Of a stretch of 51,573 nt of DNA, positions 1 through 7,437 are shown one piece after another; the first letter of the stretch is position 1; every line of letters starts with the position of its first letter. The stretch covers positions 1 through 51,573 of the forward strand of contig JAGLNJ010000116.1 in NCBI GenBank assembly GCA_023139575.1. The letters are read 5' to 3'. The position numbers were made by a program, and so were the translations under genes. The notes under the pieces were generated by a model. The model was not told where the DNA came from. It made no database searches and worked only from the letters and a program-made list of their open reading frames with translations. Source of the DNA: Candidatus Omnitrophota bacterium. Lineage in GTDB: Bacteria > Omnitrophota > Gorgyraeia > Zapsychrales > JANLHA01.

Positions 1-1
1 A

Positions 2-202
2 TTCCTGAATATCATCGCTTTAACAGATTTTGGTAAAGGAGCACAGGACATCCAATGGAAAAGGCTGCACGCAAAAAGGCTGAATATTTTTATCATTGGT
101 GCTATGATAGATGATAAATTGCACATTGAAACGCTACTGGGTGAAACCAATAAAATGTTTTTTGTTAGAGTTCAAGAAAATTCCTCCCTTCGGTCGTCAT
201 AA
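2..202 (+). CDS. Possible 3' end of a gene truncated by the window edge (hypothetical protein)
   Basis: Frame 2 is open from base 2 to TAA at 200-202 (FLNIIALTDFGKGAQDIQWKRLH...ENSSLRSS); no recognisable motif. Confidence 0.35.
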   Translation, partial: FLNIIALTDFGKGAQDIQWKRLHAKRLNIFIIGAMIDDKLHIETLLGETNKMFFVRVQENSSLRSS

Positions 203-291
203 CTTCTTGCGTTCTTAGGAAAGGAGTTTTCAGCAGTTTGGAAAATTTTATATTTTCCTAAACTGTAAAATATTTACTTGAGGAAGGATTC

Positions 292-1287
292 ATGGACCAA
301 CAGGGCGTAGAACATTTAGAAAAACTTATTAAACAAGAACATGAATTTTTCAACCAATTCTTTACAGAAATGGAAAAAGTCATCGTCGGACAACGGGAAT
401 TGGTTGAAAAAATATTATTAGGGCTACTCGCTAATGGGCATATTCTTATTGAAGGCCTGCCGGGCCTGGCAAAGACTCTGGCCGTAAAAACCTTTGCGTC
501 AATCGTTCAACTGGAGTTCAGCCGTATTCAATTCACACCTGATATGCTGCCTACTGATTTGATCGGTGCCCCTGTCTACACCCCGAAAAGCCAATCCTTT
601 GAAATAAAAAAAGGGCCGATCTTCTCACAAATTCTTCTTGCCGATGAAATCAACCGCGCCCCGGCAAAAGTTCAAAGCGCTCTGCTAGAGGTGATGCAGG
701 AAAAACAGGTAACCATCGGCGATCAATCTCTAAGCCTGAAAGAGCCCTTTCTTGTTTTGGCTACGCAAAATGATATTGAGCAGGACGGAACATATCCCCT
801 GCCGGAATCGCAACTGGACAGGTTTATGCTCAAGGTCAGAATTTCATACCCCAATCGCGAGGAGGAAGCTGAGATTGTTGAACGAATGTCTTTTACGCAA
901 ACAAACACACCGGTCGAACCTGTGTTTTCTTCCGGGCATATTCTCAAACTTCGTTCTTATGTTGATCAAGTTTATGTCGATCAAAAAATACGGGATTATA
1001 TTTTAGATATCGTCGCGGCAACACGCGAACCACAGCGTTTTGGTTTGCCGGATCTGGAAAATTTTATCCAATATGGCGTTTCGCCGCGCGCAACACTGCA
1101 TTTAACCCTGGCAGCCAAGACATTCGCTTTGATTCAAGGCCGGGGATATGTTCGCCCCCAGGATGTCAACGCCATGGGAATTGATGTTTTGGGACATCGA
1201 ATAATTGAGAGTTTTCATGCCCGATCCCAAAATGTTACCGCGGATGATCTGGTTCAAAGAATCCTGGATAAAATTTCCATGCCCTGA
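292..1287 (+). CDS. MoxR-family AAA+ ATPase
   Basis: GHILIEGLPGLAKT Walker A, RIQFTPDMLPTD, LLADEINRAPAKVQSALLEVMQE, GTYPLPESQLDRF, GVSPRA; SD GAGGAAGG upstream. Confidence 0.95.
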   Translation: MDQQGVEHLEKLIKQEHEFFNQFFTEMEKVIVGQRELVEKILLGLLANGHILIEGLPGLAKTLAVKTFASIVQLEFSRIQFTPDMLPTDLIGAPVYTPKSQSFEIKKGPIFSQILLADEINRAPAKVQSALLEVMQEKQVTIGDQSLSLKEPFLVLATQNDIEQDGTYPLPESQLDRFMLKVRISYPNREEEAEIVERMSFTQTNTPVEPVFSSGHILKLRSYVDQVYVDQKIRDYILDIVAATREPQRFGLPDLENFIQYGVSPRATLHLTLAAKTFALIQGRGYVRPQDVNAMGIDVLGHRIIESFHARSQNVTADDLVQRILDKISMP

Positions 1288-1299
1288 TTGTTTCATATT

Positions 1300-2298
1300 A
1301 TGAATCCTCATCTCTTTATCACAGCATTCACTTTTTTTATATTAATAAAAACCTTTTGGTCTGAAAAGCCTCCTTACATCTTGTTTTCTCTATCGGCATT
1401 ACTCACTCTTTTTGGTTTTCTCAGTAAATACGGCTGGTGCTTTGATATTGCGTCTCATTTTAGAGTACAATATCTTGTTATTCAATTACTCAGCGGGATT
1501 TTTTGCGTTTTTTTAAAAAGATGGAAATTATTTGCCCTGGCATTATTATGTGCTGTTATCAACTTTTCCATAATTCTTCCTCTCTATCTTCCCGGAGCTG
1601 ATTTAGAAAATACAACAGTGCAAAAAACACGAAACATTAAATTACTTCTTATGAACGTCAACTCACAAAATAAAGATTACAAAAAGACTATTGAATATAT
1701 CGAATCCATACAGCCTGACATACTCGCCTTAGAAGAAATTAACACTGCCTGGATTGAGGCCCTATCCGGCGTTCTATCAAAGTACCCGTACTATCAACAT
1801 ATACCTCGTTCAGACAATTTCGGCATCGGTTTGTACTCAAAATTACCCCTTGAAAAAATTAATGTAAAACACTACAGCTCTGTCACAGTACCGAGCATAG
1901 TGGCAAATTTCAACATGGCGGGAATTCCATTTACGCTGCTTTTAACGCACCCCGTTCCACCCTCCAGCAACAGATATTACCAGTGGCGTAACGAGCAACT
2001 TAAAAATATCGTTAAGGAACGAGGGGAATTTGAAGAAAATTTAATAGTATTGGGCGACCTTAACAGCACTTCCTGGTCTTATTACTTTCAAGATTTCTTA
2101 CAGGGGTTAAACCTGAGAGACTCACGTAAAGGTTTTGGCCTGCAAAACACATGGCCTTCACACTTGTTTATACTGTCAATCGCTATCGACCACTGCCTTA
2201 TCAGCAACCGCTTTTCTGTCCTGGAAAGAAAAATCGGCCCCGACATCGGATCCGATCACTACCCTCTCTATGTTGAACTAAGACTTGCCGGGAGTTAA
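1300..2298 (+). CDS. Endonuclease/exonuclease/phosphatase (EEP, YafD-like) protein with N-terminal TM helices
   Basis: LMNV, PDILALEE, VLGDLN, IDHCL and GSDHYP EEP motifs; SHFRVQY membrane segment; ATG at 1300 (alternative TTG at 1288). Confidence 0.9.
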   Translation: MNPHLFITAFTFFILIKTFWSEKPPYILFSLSALLTLFGFLSKYGWCFDIASHFRVQYLVIQLLSGIFCVFLKRWKLFALALLCAVINFSIILPLYLPGADLENTTVQKTRNIKLLLMNVNSQNKDYKKTIEYIESIQPDILALEEINTAWIEALSGVLSKYPYYQHIPRSDNFGIGLYSKLPLEKINVKHYSSVTVPSIVANFNMAGIPFTLLLTHPVPPSSNRYYQWRNEQLKNIVKERGEFEENLIVLGDLNSTSWSYYFQDFLQGLNLRDSRKGFGLQNTWPSHLFILSIAIDHCLISNRFSVLERKIGPDIGSDHYPLYVELRLAGS

Positions 2299-2307
2299 CC
2301 ACCTAAT

Positions 2308-2669
2308 ATGAACAGCACGCCAGCCAAAAAGTCATTAAAATATCTTGGCAGTAAAGAAAAAGCGAAGATCTATCAAAGATCAGGGAAAGCCGGTTTGAGG
2401 ACACATTAAAGATCGCAAGAATTCTTTTTATGAATAATCATGATCTCATACATAAAGCGGTGGGTTGGATGCTGCGGGAGGTCGGCAAAAAAGATTTATC
2501 GGAGGAAGAAATTTTCCTCAAAAAACACTGCCAGAAAATGCCGCGCACGATGCTGCGCTATGCCATCGAGAAATTTCCCGAGACAAAACGGCAGGCATAT
2601 CTGAAGGGAAAGATTCAACAGTTAAAAAGTCGAAAAAAACCTCGACTATTCAAACAGATAATATTTTAG
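2308..2669 (+). pseudogene. alkD: DNA alkylation repair glycosylase AlkD-like, internal deletion plus frameshift
   Basis: N-terminus MNSTPAKKSLKYLGSKEKAKIYQR from ATG 2308 joins near 2378, out of frame, to the C-terminal part IRESRFEDTLKIARIL...HDLIHKAVGWMLREVGK...MPRTMLRYAIEKF. Confidence 0.8.
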
Positions 2670-2734
2670 ATTTTATGCGAATAAACTTTGGAAAACTAGA
2701 ATTTTTTATTTCTTGGGACGAATAATGTTTAGGC

Positions 2735-3655
2735 CTATAATTCATCAATACTTTTCTTATAAACCGCTGCGGAAGCATGAAGGGCGGCTCGTTCTTCATC
2801 GGAGAGTTCCAGCTCAATGATTTCTTCAATCCCGCCTTGTCCCACCTTAACCGGAACACCGACGCATACATCTTCCAGGCCATACTCTCCTCGAAGGCAA
2901 ACGGAAGCGGACAGGAAGCTCTTCTTGTCTTTCAAAACAGCCTCTACCATATGCACCGAACTGGCAGCCGGGGAATAATAAGCGCTGCCCGTTTTAAGAA
3001 GCGAAACAATCTCCCCTCCGGCCTTGCGTGTCCGTTCAATGATCTTCTCGAGCTTGTCTTTTTCAATCAGCTCGGAAACAGCAACCCCATTGACGGTCGT
3101 ATAGCGCGGCAAAGGCACCATACTATCCCCATGCCCGCCCAAGACCATGGCCCGCACATCCTGCATGGAAACTCCAATAGCATCGGCGATAAAACAGGCA
3201 AAACGCGAGCCGTCCAAGACACCAGCCTGGCCGAATACCCTCTCTCGCTTGAATCCCGATTTCTTTAAGGCATGATAGGTCATCACATCAACAGGATTGG
3301 TGACCATAATGATAAAAGACCCCGGCGCATATTTAGAAATATTCTCAACAACACTTTTAATAATGGCGGCGTTCTTCTTCAATAAATCCAGACGCGTCAT
3401 CCCCGGTACGCGGGCCAAACCGCTTGTGATCACAACAACATCCGCCCCTTCAATATCCGCGAAAGAATTCGTGCCCACAACCTGCGTGCTGTAGCCCAAC
3501 ACCGGGCCGGCCTCCATAAGGTCTAGGGCCTTGCCCTGCGGCATACCCTCTACAATATCAACCAGAACAACATCGCCCATTTCTTTTTGCGCTAAGTACA
3601 ACGCCGCTGTGGCGCCGACGTTTCCCGCGCCGATAACCGCTACCTTGTTATTCAT
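2735..3655 (-). CDS. mdh: Malate dehydrogenase (LDH-like type)
   Basis: GAGNVG, GMPQGKALD, ARVPGMTRLDL, VTNPVD, LGGHGD, LLKTGSAYYSPA. Confidence 0.95.
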   Translation of the reverse strand: MNNKVAVIGAGNVGATAALYLAQKEMGDVVLVDIVEGMPQGKALDLMEAGPVLGYSTQVVGTNSFADIEGADVVVITSGLARVPGMTRLDLLKKNAAIIKSVVENISKYAPGSFIIMVTNPVDVMTYHALKKSGFKRERVFGQAGVLDGSRFACFIADAIGVSMQDVRAMVLGGHGDSMVPLPRYTTVNGVAVSELIEKDKLEKIIERTRKAGGEIVSLLKTGSAYYSPAASSVHMVEAVLKDKKSFLSASVCLRGEYGLEDVCVGVPVKVGQGGIEEIIELELSDEERAALHASAAVYKKSIDEL

Positions 3656-3671
3656 TTCGCTTTGCTCCTTT

Positions 3672-4130
3672 TTAATTAATAGTGACTATTTTGTAGTCAA
3701 GACTGAAAAATGAGGTTTTTTTGAGATGTCTTAGCAGAATGACCGTCATACAAAAAATGGAGATATCCATCACCAGGATCATCCAAAGGGGTACCCCGAT
3801 TAGATCGCCAAAACAGCCGCAATCCTCAATGGGGAGTTTGCGGATGATCGCTTGTGATACAGCGATAATAAAAGTGCCGGTGCAGGCCAACACGGCGAAT
3901 AATGATATCTTCGTCCATAAACCGGCAATGAGATAAACGCCTGTCAAGAATTCAAGCAAAGGAAAAATGCTGGCCGCGATATATTCCAATGAGCCATGAG
4001 GAAGCATGTCATAGCCCTGAATGACATAGAGAAAATTCTGCCGGGGCTGTATGATCTTCTCAAACCCGGAAACAAGAAATATGGCGCCGATAATAAACCG
4101 GGATAAAAAGAAAACGTTAATTTTTTTCAT
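3672..4130 (-). CDS. MauE/DoxX-family redox membrane protein
   Basis: RFIIGAIFLVSGFEKI start, about four TM helices, DCGCFG motif. Confidence 0.85.
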   Translation of the reverse strand: MKKINVFFLSRFIIGAIFLVSGFEKIIQPRQNFLYVIQGYDMLPHGSLEYIAASIFPLLEFLTGVYLIAGLWTKISLFAVLACTGTFIIAVSQAIIRKLPIEDCGCFGDLIGVPLWMILVMDISIFCMTVILLRHLKKTSFFSLDYKIVTIN

Positions 4131-4773
4131 CTTTTGGGGCTTTCGTCGGGATTCCTAAAATCTTTTCTAATTCCTTTTTAATATTACCTGAGCCCACAAC
4201 CATTTCACCATTAAGAAAATAGGTCGGGGTAGCCCGCACGCCCAACTTCTTGCCGGCATCCTTTTCTTGAAGGACGGTTAATTCGGCTTCAGAGGATTCC
4301 ACGCATACTTTAAATTTCTCCATGTCCAACTGCATTTGCTCAGCCTGGCCCAACATTTTTGCCACTGGGCTAATGCTACGGCTAATCACCCTTGCATTTT
4401 CAAATAAATAATCATGGTAGGCCCAAAATTTCTCCTGCTTGGCAGAGCATTCGGCATAAGTCGCCATTTTAACGGCATACGGGTGCAGGCTGGGCAGCGG
4501 GTAATGGCGGTAGGTCAAAAAGATTTGGTCGGAATAAAGATTCATAAACTCATGCAGGACATTAGCCCCTACAGAGCAGGCCGAACATTGGAAGTCAGTA
4601 TACTCAACAATCTTTATCCCGGCATCGGGATTGCCTTTGGACTTCTTATTCTCTAAAATAAGCTTATGCCCTTTGCCGTAAAAACCCGTTATCCAACGAC
4701 CGCCAAAAATGGCCATAACGGAAAGGGCTAAAACAATAATTGTGGCGATTTGTCTGGTCATCTTAATTTTCAT
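4117..4773 (-). CDS. DsbA-family thiol:disulfide oxidoreductase, membrane anchored
   Basis: KGNPDAGIKIVEYTDFQCSAC, YRHYPL, GVRATPTYFLNG. Confidence 0.9.
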   Translation of the reverse strand: MKIKMTRQIATIIVLALSVMAIFGGRWITGFYGKGHKLILENKKSKGNPDAGIKIVEYTDFQCSACSVGANVLHEFMNLYSDQIFLTYRHYPLPSLHPYAVKMATYAECSAKQEKFWAYHDYLFENARVISRSISPVAKMLGQAEQMQLDMEKFKVCVESSEAELTVLQEKDAGKKLGVRATPTYFLNGEMVVGSGNIKKELEKILGIPTKAPKDEKN

Positions 4774-4892
4774 CTAAAAGCCTTTTTTCAGATAGAGTAA
4801 TATCTTTTTATAGTATAAAAAAATGTTTTCTCTGTCCATCTTTTAATATAATATAAGTACCAAAGCATCCTGAAAATACCCGGCACCTAAAA

Positions 4893-5735
4893 ATGAGAAA
4901 ATATCGTAATATAATCAAAATCTTATCCCTATCACTGCTGATCTTCTCGCTTACACTATTCATCAATTCAAATACAGACCAGAACTATCCAGCAGAAATG
5001 AGCGGACTTTGCCTTGATGTCCTGCCACAGGCCGGGCATTGCAGCAAAGTTAACACTCCCTTTGTTCATTACAAAGGATGGGAAACGGACATGCAGACCG
5101 GTAAAGACTCTTTATCCGGCATCGCCTTTTTTACCACAGAACTCGCCCCGGATATTAAAGGTTACGGCGGTCCCATAAAAATATTAGCAGGCCTAGACAC
5201 CAAAGGACGGCTGACAAAAATCAAGATCATCGAGCATGCTGAAACAGGTTCATTCATTAAAAAGATGGATAATTTCATCACTCAGTTTGAAGGCAAGAGG
5301 TTTAATGACCCTTTTCAATTGGGAAAAGATATCGACGGCATAACAAAGGCGACTGTATCCAGCGAGGCAATAACAAAGGCTTTGTATTTAAGCCTGCGGA
5401 AAGCCGTACCTTTGCTTGAAAAAAGACACGACAGATCAAAAAAAACCTTCACGCATCGAAAAATATGGATTGTTCCTATTATTATTTTGTTTTTCTTATT
5501 CATCTGGTCTTTTGATTTAAGTAAAAAAATAACTTTTATTTTCTTTATCGTCGGCATCCTTCTATTTGGGGTTTTGGTTACGTCTTTTAATGATTCTCCT
5601 CCCGTATCATTAAAAGAAACTACCCCTGCCCAGTCGTCTTCAAAATCATCAAAAGATGCCGCCGCGCTCAAGAAGATGCTGAACGAAAAGGGCATTAAGC
5701 CACACCCTGCAAAGTACTGGAAGGAAATACATTGA
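4893..5735 (+). CDS. Membrane-anchored FMN-binding (flavinylation) domain protein with C-terminal TM pair and PAKYW tail
   Basis: KGYGGPIKILAGLD, HAET and DIDGITKATVSS match the FMN_bind motif of RnfG/NosR; N-terminal anchor and two C-terminal hydrophobic helices. Confidence 0.85.
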   Translation: MRKYRNIIKILSLSLLIFSLTLFINSNTDQNYPAEMSGLCLDVLPQAGHCSKVNTPFVHYKGWETDMQTGKDSLSGIAFFTTELAPDIKGYGGPIKILAGLDTKGRLTKIKIIEHAETGSFIKKMDNFITQFEGKRFNDPFQLGKDIDGITKATVSSEAITKALYLSLRKAVPLLEKRHDRSKKTFTHRKIWIVPIIILFFLFIWSFDLSKKITFIFFIVGILLFGVLVTSFNDSPPVSLKETTPAQSSSKSSKDAAALKKMLNEKGIKPHPAKYWKEIH

Positions 5736-6709
5736 AAACGATAGAATGCACATTATGCCCCCGCCATTGCCGCCTGAAAGAAGGTGAACGGGGCAATTGC
5801 CGGGTACGCGTTCATCTCGACGGCAAGTTGCAAACCCTGGTTTATGGCAATCCCTGCTCCGTCCATGTCGATCCGATCGAGAAGAAGCCGGTCTTCCATG
5901 TCCTGCCCGGTTCCGCCGCTTTTTCAGTAGCAACAGCGGGATGCAACCTGCATTGTAAATATTGTCAGAACTGGCAAATCTCCCAACGAGCCCCGGAGGA
6001 AACAACTAATATTGATCTCCCGCCACAGGCCCTTGTGGCCAATGCCTTAAAATACAATTGTCGCAGTATCGCTTACACTTATACCGATCCCGTTATTTTT
6101 TATGAATATGTCTTAGACTCAGCCAAAATCGCTCACAGTCAAAACTTACTCAACATTATGGTCTCCGCCGGATACATTGAACAGGATCCCCTACTTGAAC
6201 TCTGCCCTCACATCGACGCCGCTAACATCGATTTAAAAGGCATTACAGATGATTACTATAGAAGAATGAGCGACGCCACCTTAAAACCAGTATTGGATTG
6301 CATTCAAACCATGAAAAAACAAGGCGTGTGGGTAGAGCTGACAAACCTGATCGTTCCCACGTGGAATGATGGCGAAAAAGATATCCGCGCGCTGTGCCGC
6401 TGGATCGTTGATCACCTCGGGCCGGACGTGCCTTTACATTTTTCCCGCTTCTGGCCGCAGCATCAACTGAAGAACCTTCCTCCCACGCCAGTCGAAACCT
6501 TAAGCCTGGCCTGGGACATCGCTAAAACGGAGGGCCTGCATTATGCTTATGTGGGCAATATCCCGGGACACGACGGCAACAGCACCTTTTGCCCCCATGA
6601 CAACAAACTATTGATCAAGCGTATCGGCTATCGAATTTTGGAGAATCACATTGAAGATGGGAAATGCAAATATTGCTCCCACAAAGTGCCTGGCATCTGG
6701 AAAATATAA
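5732..6709 (+). CDS. amrS: AmmeMemoRadiSam system radical SAM enzyme (N-terminally short)
   Basis: CTLCPRHC...GNCRVR, VDPIEKKP, GCNLHCKYCQNWQISQ, YTYTDP, LHFSRFWP, YVGN, C-terminal Cys pairs; TTG start overlaps upstream TGA, SD AAGGA. Confidence 0.93.
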   Translation: MKTIECTLCPRHCRLKEGERGNCRVRVHLDGKLQTLVYGNPCSVHVDPIEKKPVFHVLPGSAAFSVATAGCNLHCKYCQNWQISQRAPEETTNIDLPPQALVANALKYNCRSIAYTYTDPVIFYEYVLDSAKIAHSQNLLNIMVSAGYIEQDPLLELCPHIDAANIDLKGITDDYYRRMSDATLKPVLDCIQTMKKQGVWVELTNLIVPTWNDGEKDIRALCRWIVDHLGPDVPLHFSRFWPQHQLKNLPPTPVETLSLAWDIAKTEGLHYAYVGNIPGHDGNSTFCPHDNKLLIKRIGYRILENHIEDGKCKYCSHKVPGIWKI

Positions 6710-6742
6710 TTGAACTAAACTATGTCTTGGAGGAACCAACCT

Positions 6743-6913
6743 ATGCTAAAAAATAAAATGAACAGAAAAGAATTCTTAGGCCGTGTGGCTCTGTTTGTCT
6801 CCGGAATCGCCTTGCTCCCTTTTCAGAAACTTTTCTCCCATCCAAAAGGAATAAAAAGAAGCCATATTAAAGAAGCCAAATACTTCCGTTCCGGCGATCA
6901 CCTGGCGGGGTAA
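6743..6913 (+). CDS. 56-aa peptide with Tat-like signal (NRKEFL) and C-terminal KEAKYF motif
   Basis: Strong SD GGAGGA 8 nt before ATG 6743; MNRKEFLGRVALFVSGIALLPF hydrophobic segment; lies directly after amrS. Confidence 0.7.
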   Translation: MLKNKMNRKEFLGRVALFVSGIALLPFQKLFSHPKGIKRSHIKEAKYFRSGDHLAG

Positions 6914-6960
6914 GACCAGGATTTTCCTGACTCCAAGGGTTATCGAACAGCCCTCAAGTC

Positions 6961-7413
6961 TTAAGGACACGCTCCCAATGAGGAAAACACCACCGTCCCG
7001 CATAAAGATGTCCCGGTATTCGTATCATATAACAATTCAATTTTGCTGCTGCCGTCACCGCCATCGACGGCATTTCTCGTAGCTACAACGGTGAATGAAT
7101 ATGTCGGGGGAACCCATCCACCATTAGTCGTAACACCAAAAGCATAAGCGAAGCGCCTTGCGGGATTGTCATCAGGATTTTCAACATCCAAGTCCGCCAT
7201 GATAACACAGCCGGCATCAAGCCCCGAATTCATGATCACACAGCGATTAACTGAATCACGAACAATCTTTAAGTTAGTAACCGCCTCCACATTCTTGGAA
7301 AACTCCACCATACTGAAGAACCGGGGCAAAGCCAATGAAGCCAGCACAGCAACAATAATAATAACAATGATAAGTTCTAAAAGCGTGAAACTTTTGAGGT
7401 TTTTCTTTAACAT
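6961..7413 (-). CDS. Type IV pilin-like protein (prepilin N-terminal cleavage/methylation domain)
   Basis: MLKKNLKS|FTLLELIIVIIIVAVLASLALPRF with E5 and P22; C-terminal Cys pair. Confidence 0.92.
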   Translation of the reverse strand: MLKKNLKSFTLLELIIVIIIVAVLASLALPRFFSMVEFSKNVEAVTNLKIVRDSVNRCVIMNSGLDAGCVIMADLDVENPDDNPARRFAYAFGVTTNGGWVPPTYSFTVVATRNAVDGGDGSSKIELLYDTNTGTSLCGTVVFSSLGACP

Positions 7414-7437
7414 ATCTTTTTCAAAAATTTTTCGTTA

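Noticed and set aside
1285-1290. TGA followed by in-frame TTG here and at 44082-44087, suggesting TGA recoding or readthrough
   Set aside because: Long conserved genes contain no internal TGA and several end at TGA at their expected C-termini, so code 11 fits
5720-5740. Programmed or sequencing frameshift fusing the FMN protein to AmrS
   Set aside because: No clear slippery run; SD plus TTGA overlap fits coupling, and a second ORF carries the same tail motif. Not fully excluded without reads
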